From an uncultured Spirochaetota bacterium (GTDB taxonomy: Bacteria; Spirochaetota; Brevinematia; Brevinematales; JAOACQ01): a stretch of 64,000 nucleotides of DNA. The DNA lies in NCBI GenBank assembly GCA_963783575.1, contig CAWAOD010000004.1, forward strand, positions 128,001 through 192,000, in the 5' to 3' direction. The notes below the pieces were generated by a model. It searched no databases, was not told where the DNA came from, and was given only the letters and a program-made list of their open reading frames with translations. Shown here piece after piece: positions 21,887 through 32,233 of the stretch; the first letter of the stretch is position 1; each line of letters starts with the position of its first letter. The position numbers were made by a program, and so were the translations under genes.

Positions 21887-22669
21887 ATGAAATACCTTAT
21901 ATTAGTAGTTGTTCTTGGGCTATGCTGGGGACAGTGCTTTTCGGCTCTGGTTAAACAGACCGTTCAGTATCAGGAAGGCAGTACAATTCTTGAAGGATAC
22001 CTGGTTTATGACGACTCCGTGATGGAAAAAAGGCCGGGAGTATTGATCATCCATGAATGGTGGGGATTGACTTCATATATCAAGATGAGGGCCGAACAGG
22101 TCGCCAATCTCGGTTATGTAGCCTTTGCGGCCGATATTTACGGACAGGGTGTCAGGCCGAAGGATATGCAGGAAGCGGGTAAAACAGCCGGCATCTTTGC
22201 TAATGACCGTCCGCTTATGCTAAAAAGAGCGGTAGCCGGATTGAATCAACTGACCGGGAATGAGTTTGTCGATACGAACCGCATTGCCGTAATGGGTTAT
22301 TGTTTCGGAGGCGGTGTAGCGCTTGAACTTGCCAGAAGCGGCGCGGATCTTGACGGGGTTGTCACTTTCCATGGAAACCTGGATATTCCGGCAAATGAGG
22401 ATCCGGCTAACATAAAAGGCAAAGTCCTGGTGCTGCATGGTGCGAACGACCCGTTTGTCAATGCTCAAATTGTCAGAAGCTTCGAAGACGCGATGCGGAA
22501 GACAAAGGTTGACTGGCAGGTTGTCCTTTACAGCGGAACGGTACACAGCTTTACTAATCCGGCTTCGGGGAATGATCCTTCCACGGGGATCGCTTATAAT
22601 GAAAGCTCCGATAAACGTTCATGGCAAGCGATGAAGGATTTTTATCAGGATATATTTGTTCAAAAATAA
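21887..22669 (+). CDS. Dienelactone hydrolase family protein, exported
   Basis: Signal peptide; HEWWG, GYCFGG, HSFTN. Confidence 0.9.
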   Translation: MKYLILVVVLGLCWGQCFSALVKQTVQYQEGSTILEGYLVYDDSVMEKRPGVLIIHEWWGLTSYIKMRAEQVANLGYVAFAADIYGQGVRPKDMQEAGKTAGIFANDRPLMLKRAVAGLNQLTGNEFVDTNRIAVMGYCFGGGVALELARSGADLDGVVTFHGNLDIPANEDPANIKGKVLVLHGANDPFVNAQIVRSFEDAMRKTKVDWQVVLYSGTVHSFTNPASGNDPSTGIAYNESSDKRSWQAMKDFYQDIFVQK

Positions 22670-22712
22670 ATAAAATGAAGCAGCTTGTTAATACGTTTAT
22701 TGTAAAGATTTT

Positions 22713-23126
22713 ATGAAGAAGTGGGAACATTTTCCTCATACTGCCGATATCGGCATAAGGGGCATAGGCGGCAGCATCACTGAAGCTTTTGAGATGGGAG
22801 CTCTTGCGCTTATTGCTGTTATCACTGATCCAAAAACTATCAAAGCCGAAGAAACTTTTTCAATATCCTGTGAAGCAACGGATTATGAATACCTTTTTTA
22901 TGATTGGATTAACGCTCTTATATACGAAATTGAAGTCCGGAAAATGCTTTTCTGCAGTTTTGATGTTAAAATTGATAATCTGAAGCTTGAAGCCCTGATT
23001 ATGGGAGAAAAGATTAATCCAGGCATTCATCATCCCACAGTGGGAATAAAAGGAGCGACATTAACCGAGTTGAAGGTGGAACAAAAAAACGGTATATGGA
23101 TCGCTCAATGCATAATTGATGTGTAA
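22713..23126 (+). CDS. Archease
   Basis: HTADIG, IKGAT, terminal IDV; directly upstream of rtcB. Confidence 0.92.
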   Translation: MKKWEHFPHTADIGIRGIGGSITEAFEMGALALIAVITDPKTIKAEETFSISCEATDYEYLFYDWINALIYEIEVRKMLFCSFDVKIDNLKLEALIMGEKINPGIHHPTVGIKGATLTELKVEQKNGIWIAQCIIDV

Positions 23127-23135
23127 AGGTAAATT

Positions 23136-24662
23136 ATGGAATTAAAAAAACTGGAAAAAATCAATGATACCGAATGGGTTATACACCAGCACAGCGGCAT
23201 GCGGGTAAAAGCTATAATATATGCATCATCCAGACTGATAGAGGAAATGGACGAAAAGGTTTATACACAGCTCACAAATGTTGCGGCTTTACCCGGTATT
23301 GTTAAAGCGGCATACGCGATGCCCGATGCCCACTGGGGTTATGGCTTCCCCATCGGGGGCGTTGCCGCGTTCGATCCGGATGAAGGCGGAGTAATCTCAG
23401 CGGGCGGAGTCGGTTATGACATTTCCTGTGGAGTGCGTATGCTTAAGCTTGGCGGGTTGAAGCTTTCTGATTTTGAGTCAATTGGCAAAAAATCCTCAAG
23501 GCAAAATAGCAGGACACGCCCATTCGACAGAGCCTGTCCTGAGCCCGCCGAAGGTCTCAGGGACCACGGCGCGCTTATTGAAACCATAGCGGATGCTCTG
23601 TTTGCCGGTATACCGGCCGGGGTCGGAAGCGAAAGCGCCATTCACCTTGATAATAAAGAAATAAACAAAATGCTTACTGGCGGCGCACAGTGGGCTGTCG
23701 ATAGAGGTTACGGCGAACCTGAAGACCTTGAAAGGATGGAAGAGCATGGGACCGCCGCAAACGCGCTGCCTGATGCTGTATCGGAAAAAGCAAAAGAAAG
23801 GCAGAAAACAGAAATGGGAACCCTGGGTTCGGGCAACCATTATCTTGAAGTACAGGTTATTAAGGAAGTTTATAATAATACAATTTTGAGCGGCTTCGGA
23901 CTGGAAGAAGGCGATATTGTTATAAGCATCCATTGCGGATCGAGAGGATTGGGGCATCAAATCGGCACCGATTACTTGAAGGAAATGGCTCTTTCGGCCT
24001 CTAACTTTGGGATTACTCTGCCGGAAAGGGAACTGGCATGCTCGCCCATAAACTCAGGTTTGGGTAAGTCATACATCGGCGCAATGCGCGCCGGAATAAA
24101 CTGCGCCCTTGCAAACAGGGAAATATTAACACATTTCACCCGCGGTATACTAAAGGATATTTTACCGGGTATTCATATCGGTCTTGTTTACGATGTTTCC
24201 CACAATACCTGCAAAGAAGAAATGCATAAAGTCGATGGAACGATGAAAAAGCTTTTTGTTCACAGGAAGGGGGCGACAAGGTCATATGGCCCAGGTTATG
24301 ATGAATTGCCCCCGGAATTAAAGAATTTTGGACAGCCGGTTCTTATTGGCGGAAGCATGGGTACCGCGTCTTATATACTTGCCGGTACGGCTGAAAGCGA
24401 GGAACATGCCTTCAGTTCCTCCTGCCATGGAGCCGGAAGATCGATGAGCAGGCACCAGGCGCTGAAAAATTGGAGGGGGAATGAGATTGTGCGGAATCTT
24501 GGAGGAAAAGGTATATTGATTAGAAGCGGCTCAATGCGAGGCATTGCTGAGGAGGCACCGCTAGCATACAAGGACGTTAACAGGGTTGTGGATGACGCCC
24601 ACAACGCCGGGTTATCCGTAAAAGTCGCAAAGCTCAAGCCCCTGGCCTGTATAAAAGGGTAA
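23136..24662 (+). CDS. rtcB: RtcB RNA ligase with a ~30-aa REP-derived insertion
   Basis: MPDAHWGYGFPIG, GYDISCG, GSGNHYLE, HCGSRG, HRKGAT, HGAGR. Confidence 0.95.
   Translation: MELKKLEKINDTEWVIHQHSGMRVKAIIYASSRLIEEMDEKVYTQLTNVAALPGIVKAAYAMPDAHWGYGFPIGGVAAFDPDEGGVISAGGVGYDISCGVRMLKLGGLKLSDFESIGKKSSRQNSRTRPFDRACPEPAEGLRDHGALIETIADALFAGIPAGVGSESAIHLDNKEINKMLTGGAQWAVDRGYGEPEDLERMEEHGTAANALPDAVSEKAKERQKTEMGTLGSGNHYLEVQVIKEVYNNTILSGFGLEEGDIVISIHCGSRGLGHQIGTDYLKEMALSASNFGITLPERELACSPINSGLGKSYIGAMRAGINCALANREILTHFTRGILKDILPGIHIGLVYDVSHNTCKEEMHKVDGTMKKLFVHRKGATRSYGPGYDELPPELKNFGQPVLIGGSMGTASYILAGTAESEEHAFSSSCHGAGRSMSRHQALKNWRGNEIVRNLGGKGILIRSGSMRGIAEEAPLAYKDVNRVVDDAHNAGLSVKVAKLKPLACIKG
23520..23567. 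repeat. Nested REP-like element inside rtcB
   Basis: cctgtcctgagcccgccgaaggt (23533-23555) nested in an oppositely oriented ttcgacagag-ctcaggg unit; related units at 57221 and 57465. Confidence 0.75.
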
Positions 24663-24687
24663 AAAAGTAAATCGGTAAGGAGGTTTT

Positions 24688-25848
24688 ATGGATAAAGTTT
24701 CTATGGTGAACTGTCCCGATTATAACCAGGGTAATGTCGATAAATCAATCCGTGATTTACTTGAAAACATTCACTTCAATTTTCCTGAAAATTCCACGGT
24801 TCTGATAAAGCCCAACATAATGTCTCAAAACCGTCCGGAACAGGCTACGATAACCCACTTTTCGATTATCGAAGGGCTCTGCGCGGTTCTGAAAGATAAA
24901 GGCTGTAAAATCCAGATCGGGGATTCCATATCATTTTACCAAAGAGGCCTGACCCGTAAAGCTTTTCAAACTACCCGCCTTGATAAGGTTGCCGAAAAAT
25001 ACGGAGCGGAACTTATAGCTTTCGAGGAAGAACACCTTATTAAAAATACGGATAAAAGCACTTTTTTGAAAGAGATTTATTTTCCCGCAAGAATCCTTGA
25101 GGCTGATATGGTTATCAGCGCATGTAAACTGAAATCTCATTCATTGATGAGGCTGTCCGGAGCCGTGAAGAACATGTTCGGTATTATGCCCGGAGGCTAC
25201 AAGCAGAGACTGCATACCTGGACTCAAAGCCTATTTGATCTTGGGGATGTCTTCATCGATCTGTTTAATATTGCCGGCGCGAAGCTTTGCGTGATGGACG
25301 CCGTCACAGGACTTGACGGAGGCCCTTCGGCCGCCGGAAAACCGGTCAAAGTCGGAAAGATCCTGGCTTCCGTAAATCCTTACGCTCTGGACGCCGTCGC
25401 ATGTAAAATGATCGGATATGAGCCTTCGGATATTCCGATTCTTATCCGTGCCGGGCAAAGGGGTTTACAGAAAAACTACAGCGAAATCGAAATTATTGAA
25501 AATAATAAAACAACAATGATTGATAAATATCCATTTCCTGTTGTTAAATTTAAAAATATTATAAAAACCCCGATCGCTCCCGTAAAGGATAATAAAAGCG
25601 TCCTAGTAACGGAAACCTATGTTTTCCCGAAAGTTCTTAAACCGGAGTATGAAAATCCAGGGCAATGTATCTCAGTTTGCCCAACCGGGGCCATATATCA
25701 GAACGATCTGCACCACCTGGCGATAGACAGGGACAAATGCATCAACTGCTACCACTGTGTGTTTGCCTGCGAAAAGGGTGTAATAGGCTTTCGATCAAGT
25801 ATTATGAATAAGCTCATCCGTTTCGGCAGGTTTGTCCTGGGAATTTAA
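24688..25848 (+). CDS. DUF362 protein with C-terminal 4Fe-4S dicluster domain
   Basis: IKPN, KLKSH, VKNMFG, CINCYHCVFAC. Confidence 0.85.
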   Translation: MDKVSMVNCPDYNQGNVDKSIRDLLENIHFNFPENSTVLIKPNIMSQNRPEQATITHFSIIEGLCAVLKDKGCKIQIGDSISFYQRGLTRKAFQTTRLDKVAEKYGAELIAFEEEHLIKNTDKSTFLKEIYFPARILEADMVISACKLKSHSLMRLSGAVKNMFGIMPGGYKQRLHTWTQSLFDLGDVFIDLFNIAGAKLCVMDAVTGLDGGPSAAGKPVKVGKILASVNPYALDAVACKMIGYEPSDIPILIRAGQRGLQKNYSEIEIIENNKTTMIDKYPFPVVKFKNIIKTPIAPVKDNKSVLVTETYVFPKVLKPEYENPGQCISVCPTGAIYQNDLHHLAIDRDKCINCYHCVFACEKGVIGFRSSIMNKLIRFGRFVLGI

Positions 25849-25853
25849 ATCGG

Positions 25854-26089
25854 TTAGGTATTAATCAAATACTTTGCCACAATTGCTTCCAGGGAGATAT
25901 CGGCAGGCTTATTGTGAAATATTTTCTTTAGCGAATCAAGGTCGGATGCCCAGGCGACATTACCCGGGGCCAGAAGGCACAGGTAACCGTTTTCATGAGT
26001 AATATTCCCCGATAAATCCTTCAGCGGAACCAGAGTTCCCAGCGCACATATGCAGCCGGGCCTTCCAAGCCTCGCGGCATGAGGATTTG
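25854..26089 (-). pseudogene. Diverged copy of the ndk 3' end with a 168-bp internal deletion
   Basis: 25854-26000 aligns to 27929-28075; 26001-26089 aligns to 28244-28332. Confidence 0.9.
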
Positions 26090-26272
26090 CCAGTTATTAT
26101 GTCGTTTTTTTGCAATTTTTATGACTTTCTAATATTCTATCCTTGGTTGGAATTATAAAAATTCCTATCAGTTGATTAATATTAAAATTTTCATATATTG
26201 CTGGTAGTTATATTAACATATGATATAAGCGACACGGGTATGTTGATCAAAGTGAAAATGCCGGGGGTATAT

Positions 26273-27559
26273 ATGAACAGCATGTGTATAAAAATAATCA
26301 TCGCATCCCTTGCCCTATTTTCCGCCTTTGTTCTCGCTCTGTCCCTCACCGCGCAGGAACCCGACGTGGTGGAGAACAGCGAAGGGGTGAAGTTCCTGCC
26401 AAACTATCCGGGCACCTGGAAAGTGAGCGTCAGTACCTACGCATTGGATAAGGAGAAGATAAAAACGGCCGACCAGAAACGACAGGTTCAGGAATTTATC
26501 ACGAAGATGAAGGCGCTGGCTGAAGTGCTCCACCAATCTCCGGTGGCGATGCAGCCCCGCGGCGTCGATTTCGACGTCGAAATCGGGGTGAGGGACGTCA
26601 GGCCAGAATGTGTCGTCGGCGATCTGACCGTAAGCGTAATCTTCTGGTTCAAAGATTCCGATAACGGACAGGCCGCGCGGAAATCAACCAGCCCCGGTGG
26701 GGTCTACTTTTACGTCAATGACCTGCGTATGACGCTTTACGATGATTGGATATTGCAGGGATCTCAGGACGGTGGACTGCCCGATTTAAAAGGTAGGATC
26801 ATCTACTATGCACCAAAGCCCTGCGATTGGAAACGCTTCGGCTTTTCCGTATACCCCACGGCAGATCATTCGAATGAGTACATGATATTGACGAAAACAA
26901 AAACCCCCTACTGGCTCCCGATGCCTGCCGGGGAGTTCCTCGACGCGCTCATCGCGGACAACAAGAAGAGGATGAAGGATATCGCAGGGTATGTCCCGCA
27001 GAAAAGCCCGAGCCAGGAATTCGCGGAAGGCGCCGCGGAACGAAAGAAAAACCGGGAGGAATCCTACGCCGCGCTCCTGAAAGTGGACCCGAAAACTGCC
27101 GCTACGGTGAAGAAGAGTCTGGAAGATGCAGAAATTGCCACCATGAAGGAAATGAAGGAGATGGACAAGCAATGGGAGGAGAGCAAGAAGGATAAGCAGG
27201 TCTCGAACAAGTTCCTCGAGCGGGAGACGACGCTGCAGAAGGAGCTTGCCTCCATGAGTCCGGCGAAGAAGTCCGCCCAGGCGTGGTACCTCAAGTCTGA
27301 TGAATTCATCGAATCGGGATCGGGACTCGTCGCGCCGAAAACCGACGCCGCGTCACCCCTTATAGTGATGAATGACCGGTTTTTCGCCAATGAAGGCTCC
27401 CCGCCCTCACTCAGGATCATTGCGATGTATGCGGGATGGGAAGGATCTTACGATGATCCTTACAATGTTCCGGTTTCAAGACACCTTGGAGTAAGCAGGA
27501 TGAGCCAATTTCTTAAAAGCATCGACTGGCAGAAGGTCACGGCGCTGCTGTCGGACTAA
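26273..27559 (+). CDS. Exported hypothetical protein, visibly more GC-rich than its flanks
   Basis: Signal-like N-terminus; coiled-coil segment; no recognised motif. Confidence 0.75.
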   Translation: MNSMCIKIIIASLALFSAFVLALSLTAQEPDVVENSEGVKFLPNYPGTWKVSVSTYALDKEKIKTADQKRQVQEFITKMKALAEVLHQSPVAMQPRGVDFDVEIGVRDVRPECVVGDLTVSVIFWFKDSDNGQAARKSTSPGGVYFYVNDLRMTLYDDWILQGSQDGGLPDLKGRIIYYAPKPCDWKRFGFSVYPTADHSNEYMILTKTKTPYWLPMPAGEFLDALIADNKKRMKDIAGYVPQKSPSQEFAEGAAERKKNREESYAALLKVDPKTAATVKKSLEDAEIATMKEMKEMDKQWEESKKDKQVSNKFLERETTLQKELASMSPAKKSAQAWYLKSDEFIESGSGLVAPKTDAASPLIVMNDRFFANEGSPPSLRIIAMYAGWEGSYDDPYNVPVSRHLGVSRMSQFLKSIDWQKVTALLSD

Positions 27560-27663
27560 GGGGTCAGCTCACGAAACGGATTTTTAAGCCCGTTAAAACA
27601 GCTTTGAAGCAATGCCGGTTCCCGGCGTAATCGCCATTAAAACACTGCTCCAGGGAAGAAGAT

Positions 27664-27825
27664 TTAAAAGTATTTGAAGTTGACCCAATGGTATGTCCCA
27701 AATGCGGAAGCGAGATGAAGATTATAGCTGTTATAACGGAACCTTTAGCCGTAGACTGTATTCTGCAGTATCTAGAGAAAAAAGGCCTGCCCCCATTCAA
27801 TCTGCCGAAGGCTCATTCACCGCCG
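27664..27825 (+). mobile_element. C-terminal remnant of an IS91/ISCR-type rolling-circle transposase
   Basis: LKVFEVDPMVCPKCGSEMKIIAVI...ILQYL...HSPP resembles the IS91-family C-terminal zinc-knuckle region. Confidence 0.65.
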
Positions 27826-27928
27826 GGAACACTGGCGCTTTCTGTTTTAAGGCTCGCATATCTTAACCAGCCTTTTTTAATATTCCTGCCCGAACTTTCT
27901 GAAAGAGCTTTATATCTGAATCGTCAGT

Positions 27929-28672
27929 TCATGTATTGATCAAATACTTTGCCGCAATTGATTCCAGGGAGATATCGGCAGGCTTATTATGATATATCTT
28001 CTTAAGCGCTTCCAGATCGGATTCCCAGGTGGCATCGCCGGGGGCCAGAAGGCACAGGTAACTGTTTTCATGAGTTTTTGAAAGTTTATTATCTTTTATG
28101 TAATAATGCTCTTCACTCTGAACTGTCTTATAAATGAGCATGCGCGGCGGGATTTCACTTGGTTTGAACCAGAGCTTGATTTCCCTTTCCGCATCAATCT
28201 CATTTGCGGAAGCATGAATCAGGTTGTCCATTCTTTCGCCGATAATATTTCCGGAAGAGTCTTTCAGCGGAACCAGAGTTCCCAGCGCACGGATACAGCC
28301 GGGCCTTTCAAGCCTCGCGGCATGAGGATTTGTGGGGCCCGCGATATTCCTTACGGTTTTAATGGCATCAGGGCCCTGATATACAATCGCGATCACCCTC
28401 CTTTTTTGGGGATCATCGGGATAGTGCTCTTTTCCCATAATAAAATCAATCAGCGCGGGGAAAAAGATTTTCCCGCGGTGTTCGGCATAATGTTCCTCCG
28501 CCAGCATCTTACTGACTGAAGCGACTTTTGCGCCTGCAAACCTAAGCCCTGTATGGAACTCTGAAAGTTGTGAAAGCACGTATCCCGTCAATGAATTCTT
28601 AATGGCATCCGGCTTAATTAAAACAAGGGTTTGTTCAAGTTCTTTCTTATACAATTTGAACCTCCTGGTCAT
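27929..28672 (-). CDS. ndk: Nucleoside diphosphate kinase with C-terminal extension
   Basis: QTLVLIKPDA, EEHYAEH, GPTNP, NLIHAS. Confidence 0.88.
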   Translation of the reverse strand: MTRRFKLYKKELEQTLVLIKPDAIKNSLTGYVLSQLSEFHTGLRFAGAKVASVSKMLAEEHYAEHRGKIFFPALIDFIMGKEHYPDDPQKRRVIAIVYQGPDAIKTVRNIAGPTNPHAARLERPGCIRALGTLVPLKDSSGNIIGERMDNLIHASANEIDAEREIKLWFKPSEIPPRMLIYKTVQSEEHYYIKDNKLSKTHENSYLCLLAPGDATWESDLEALKKIYHNKPADISLESIAAKYLINT

Positions 28673-28825
28673 TCTTAATTAAATTATTATAACCTGCACC
28701 AAATAATTTCTCTATAAAATCAGATTAATATTTTTTTACATATTCGATAATTTCTTGCAAATAATAAGTCTATTTCCTAAAATATTTATCAGACGGCTCT
28801 GCCGTTGATTTTGGAGGATCAAATT

Positions 28826-29728
28826 ATGTACGATATTTACCTTTACGGAATGATTTCCGCGAGCGTTGTTTATGTCCTGGATAAAAATTTTATGTTCCCC
28901 CGCCCGAACGATTATGCCGAAATAGGCAAATCATACCAATCGATAGGCGGAGAAGCGGTTAATTCCGCGATAATGCTTTCAAAGCTGGGTTTAAAAACAA
29001 AGCTTGACGGAAACTGGCTGAATCCTAAGCATGCAGGGGGAATCAAAAACCTGTTAAGCCCTTTTGATATAGACATTTCCCGGCTTAAAACAAAAAAAGA
29101 TCATGGAACCGAAGAGATCGTTATAACAGACAGGAATTCCAGGACAATCTTCGGAAATTACGCTTCTTTTCATAATGGGGCAAAGCAGTGGAACGACCCC
29201 GATGAAACGGATATTTGCGAAGCTTCCATGGTTTCCATCGATCCTTTTTTCAGGAAGGAATCTTTAACGGCGGCTCAAATTTGCGTTAAGAATAATAAAC
29301 CCTATGTGACCGTTGATTGTAAATATGAAGATTTTCTCTCTCAAAACGCGGAGTCAGTAATCATTTCTCATGAATTGAGGGATCAGGCATACAGAAATAA
29401 TGACATGAAGGAGATTTTTAATAAATATCTGGAAAACTGCAAAGGCCTGACCATATTTTCTTTCGGCGCAGATGAACTGTGGTATGCGCGTCCGGGTCAG
29501 GATTTAAAGAGATATAAACCTTATTCGATTACGCCGGTCGATACGACAGGAGCAGGGGACTCTTTCCGTTCGGGAATCATATATGGTCTTATGAAAGGCT
29601 GGGATGATGAAAGAATTGTTGATTTTGCCTCCGCCGTAGCTGCCTGTGTCTGCCTCTCAATTCCGCATGCGCTGAACGCATCGGGGCTGGACGGCGTCAA
29701 TGAATTTATCAGGAAAAATAAAAATTAA
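28826..29728 (+). CDS. PfkB family carbohydrate kinase
   Basis: GGEAVN, DTTGAGDSF. Confidence 0.9.
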   Translation: MYDIYLYGMISASVVYVLDKNFMFPRPNDYAEIGKSYQSIGGEAVNSAIMLSKLGLKTKLDGNWLNPKHAGGIKNLLSPFDIDISRLKTKKDHGTEEIVITDRNSRTIFGNYASFHNGAKQWNDPDETDICEASMVSIDPFFRKESLTAAQICVKNNKPYVTVDCKYEDFLSQNAESVIISHELRDQAYRNNDMKEIFNKYLENCKGLTIFSFGADELWYARPGQDLKRYKPYSITPVDTTGAGDSFRSGIIYGLMKGWDDERIVDFASAVAACVCLSIPHALNASGLDGVNEFIRKNKN

Positions 29729-29760
29729 ACGCGAATTTTATAACCGGCAGAAGTATTAAG

Positions 29761-30363
29761 CTAATTGCTGATTTGATTTATTTTGTCCGCAAAAGCTTTG
29801 AACCTCTTTTCATCATTTCCCTGATTGTTATAAAAATTATAATTGAAAATTATGTCAAAGGTCAATATACCCAAACCCGCCGTTAAATAGAAATTATCTT
29901 TTTGCGAGAAACTGTTTGCAAGGCACAAAGCCGCGGCTAAAATCAGGCTGTCGTTAATAAAGCCAAATTCATACCCGATATCGTCTTTTGCAAATATTCC
30001 TTTTCTGAATTCAAGATGCAACTTTGCCAATTGATCAAAATCAGAGCCGTAATTTTTATAGAAATCCGAACCGGAAAATGATTGCGCTTCAATTTCTTCG
30101 AAATTGGAATTGTTTTTATCCGCCAGGTAATAAATATCGGTATTTGAAATGTGAATTGCGGCTATATCATATTCTATAAAATCTATCCTGAATTTGTAAC
30201 GATATTCAAGGAAAAGCCCGAATAATGAAAAATAATCGAATTCCTTTATAACTTCAATGTTCAAAGGCTTATCACCGGCCATATAAAAAGTATTTGATTC
30301 TCCATATAAGTATGGAAATATCAGCAATATAAGCGAAAAAAGAAAAAGCAAAGGCTTAAACAT
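29761..30363 (-). CDS. Hypothetical membrane/exported protein
   Basis: GGGAG RBS; hydrophobic N-terminus and two C-terminal hydrophobic stretches. Confidence 0.65.
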   Translation of the reverse strand: MFKPLLFLFSLILLIFPYLYGESNTFYMAGDKPLNIEVIKEFDYFSLFGLFLEYRYKFRIDFIEYDIAAIHISNTDIYYLADKNNSNFEEIEAQSFSGSDFYKNYGSDFDQLAKLHLEFRKGIFAKDDIGYEFGFINDSLILAAALCLANSFSQKDNFYLTAGLGILTFDIIFNYNFYNNQGNDEKRFKAFADKINQISN

Positions 30364-30617
30364 AAATACTCCCTATTATAGATTAAATTATATTCAGATA
30401 TAAATCGGCAGTCAAGAATCCAGGTTAAATATTAACCGGTTCCATTTAAATAATTTTATAATAAAATATTATTTTAAATTTAGTTATCAATTGTCTTATT
30501 AAGTCATTTTATGATATTTCCATGATTTTAATTCAACAATGAATAAATACTTGACAAATTTATAAAATAAATCAAAATATTACCGTAAATAAAATGATTA
30601 CTAAAAAGGAGATATTT

Positions 30618-31316
30618 ATGAGAAAATATTTTAGAATGGGACTGATTTTTTTGTTTATGTGCTATTGGCTGAATTTTTACGGTGCTCATAATATAACGGA
30701 AGATGCAATAGATTCAATCGGCCCGGATGGTATACCTGAATTGCTAGATGCCGCAAGGTCTTCCGCTCCTGAAGACGATAATCTCCGAATCAAGGCAATA
30801 AACAGGCTTGGTGAGCTAAAAGCCAAGGAATCCCTGGATTTTCTTCTTGAAGTTCTTGATACAAAACGTACCACATCAGGTGGGACTGAGGTTTTTAACT
30901 GGAGATTGAAAGTAGTCGCGGCAAAAGCGCTGTCCGCAATAAACGATCCGAAATCCGTTCCTTATCTTTCCGAAATGCTGAGAAGAGAAAGCGATGTTAC
31001 GGTTAAAAGGGCTGCTGCGCAAGCGCTTGGCATAATGGGCGAAACGGCAAGGACAAAGCCATGCCTGGAAATCATGCAATCCGAACTTGAAAGAACAAGG
31101 GATAATGCTCTTGCTTCAGATCTATGCGAGGCGCTTGGAAAGATCGGCGATAAATCTTCTTTTGTTTATCTATTAAGAGTTACCCAAGGGCCTTATTTGA
31201 ATTATGTTAAAGAAACCGCTCAGAAAGGAATAGCGCTTACGAAATGGGATAAGCCGTCTGTATTTGAGGAAGAAAATGCTTCTACGAATGCTTCGGTTTC
31301 TCAATACAATAAATAG
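30618..31316 (+). CDS. Exported HEAT-repeat protein
   Basis: Repeated R..AA.ALG units; signal peptide. Confidence 0.85.
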   Translation: MRKYFRMGLIFLFMCYWLNFYGAHNITEDAIDSIGPDGIPELLDAARSSAPEDDNLRIKAINRLGELKAKESLDFLLEVLDTKRTTSGGTEVFNWRLKVVAAKALSAINDPKSVPYLSEMLRRESDVTVKRAAAQALGIMGETARTKPCLEIMQSELERTRDNALASDLCEALGKIGDKSSFVYLLRVTQGPYLNYVKETAQKGIALTKWDKPSVFEEENASTNASVSQYNK

Positions 31317-31338
31317 TTATATTTTTAAATAAATAAAC

Positions 31339-31382
31339 GGCCTGCTTAAAACCTTATAAAATGGTTTTAGCAGGCCTTTTTT
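31339..31382 (+). terminator. Rho-independent terminator
   Basis: ggcctgct..aaaacc / ggttttagcaggcc followed by T6. Confidence 0.7.
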
Positions 31383-31398
31383 ATAAGGGAAGGTTTTT

Positions 31399-32142
31399 AT
31401 GGCTCAGAATTCCGATTTGCACCAACGTCTGGATAAGATTGTAAAGACTCATATTAATAAAAAAAAATACAAGCCGGCTATTGAAGAATTATTTGGGCTA
31501 TTGAATGAATTCGGCGATGAAGATTTAATTTCGTATTATCTTGGAGTCTGCTTTTCAAATACCGGGGACTTTGACAATTGTATACAATATCTTGAATTGC
31601 TCAACTCATCAGATGAGCTTTCAATCATTCGGCTGATACAGGTAAATATGCTGCTGGGATACGCCTTTACCGAAGTAGAAAATTATTTTAAAGCGGAAAA
31701 ATATCTTAAAAAAGCACTTGAAATCAATCCGAAAAGCTCAATGACATATTCTGCTATGGGTTATGTATATTATCTTACAAAAAAGTATGACCTTGCCATT
31801 TATAATTTTAAAAGGGCATTGCAGATTGATCCTAATAATGCCAGCGCACATAACAATCTTGGTTATACTTATGCGGAAGTAGGAATAAATCTATCCGAAG
31901 CGGCAACGGAATGCAGGAAAGCGATCGCTTTAAACCCCCAGTCTGCAGCTTACCGTGACAGTCTTGGATGGGTTTATTTTACTCTCGGTAATTATAAAGA
32001 CTCCGTCAAAGAACTTCAGAACGCTTTGCAGTATATTACAGGGAATCCCGGTAATAATAAGAATAAACAGCTTGCCAATTGTTTCAATATCATAAATGAA
32101 CATCTGACCCTGGCTATCAAAAAAAGAGATAAGGAAAATTAA
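31399..32142 (+). CDS. TPR protein
   Basis: ALEINP, AHNNLGY, DSLGWVY repeats. Confidence 0.88.
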   Translation: MAQNSDLHQRLDKIVKTHINKKKYKPAIEELFGLLNEFGDEDLISYYLGVCFSNTGDFDNCIQYLELLNSSDELSIIRLIQVNMLLGYAFTEVENYFKAEKYLKKALEINPKSSMTYSAMGYVYYLTKKYDLAIYNFKRALQIDPNNASAHNNLGYTYAEVGINLSEAATECRKAIALNPQSAAYRDSLGWVYFTLGNYKDSVKELQNALQYITGNPGNNKNKQLANCFNIINEHLTLAIKKRDKEN

Positions 32143-32233
32143 GAGCTTCCCTCCAAAGGCACAAAGTAGCGTTAAGTTTGATTATTTTTGTCCGATCTTT
32201 TAAAATATCTAGCTGTATGTCTAGGGGGAATTT

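Noticed and set aside
23480..23572. Intein in RtcB
   Set aside because: Only about 30 aa, with no intein N-terminal or His-Asn C-terminal motifs
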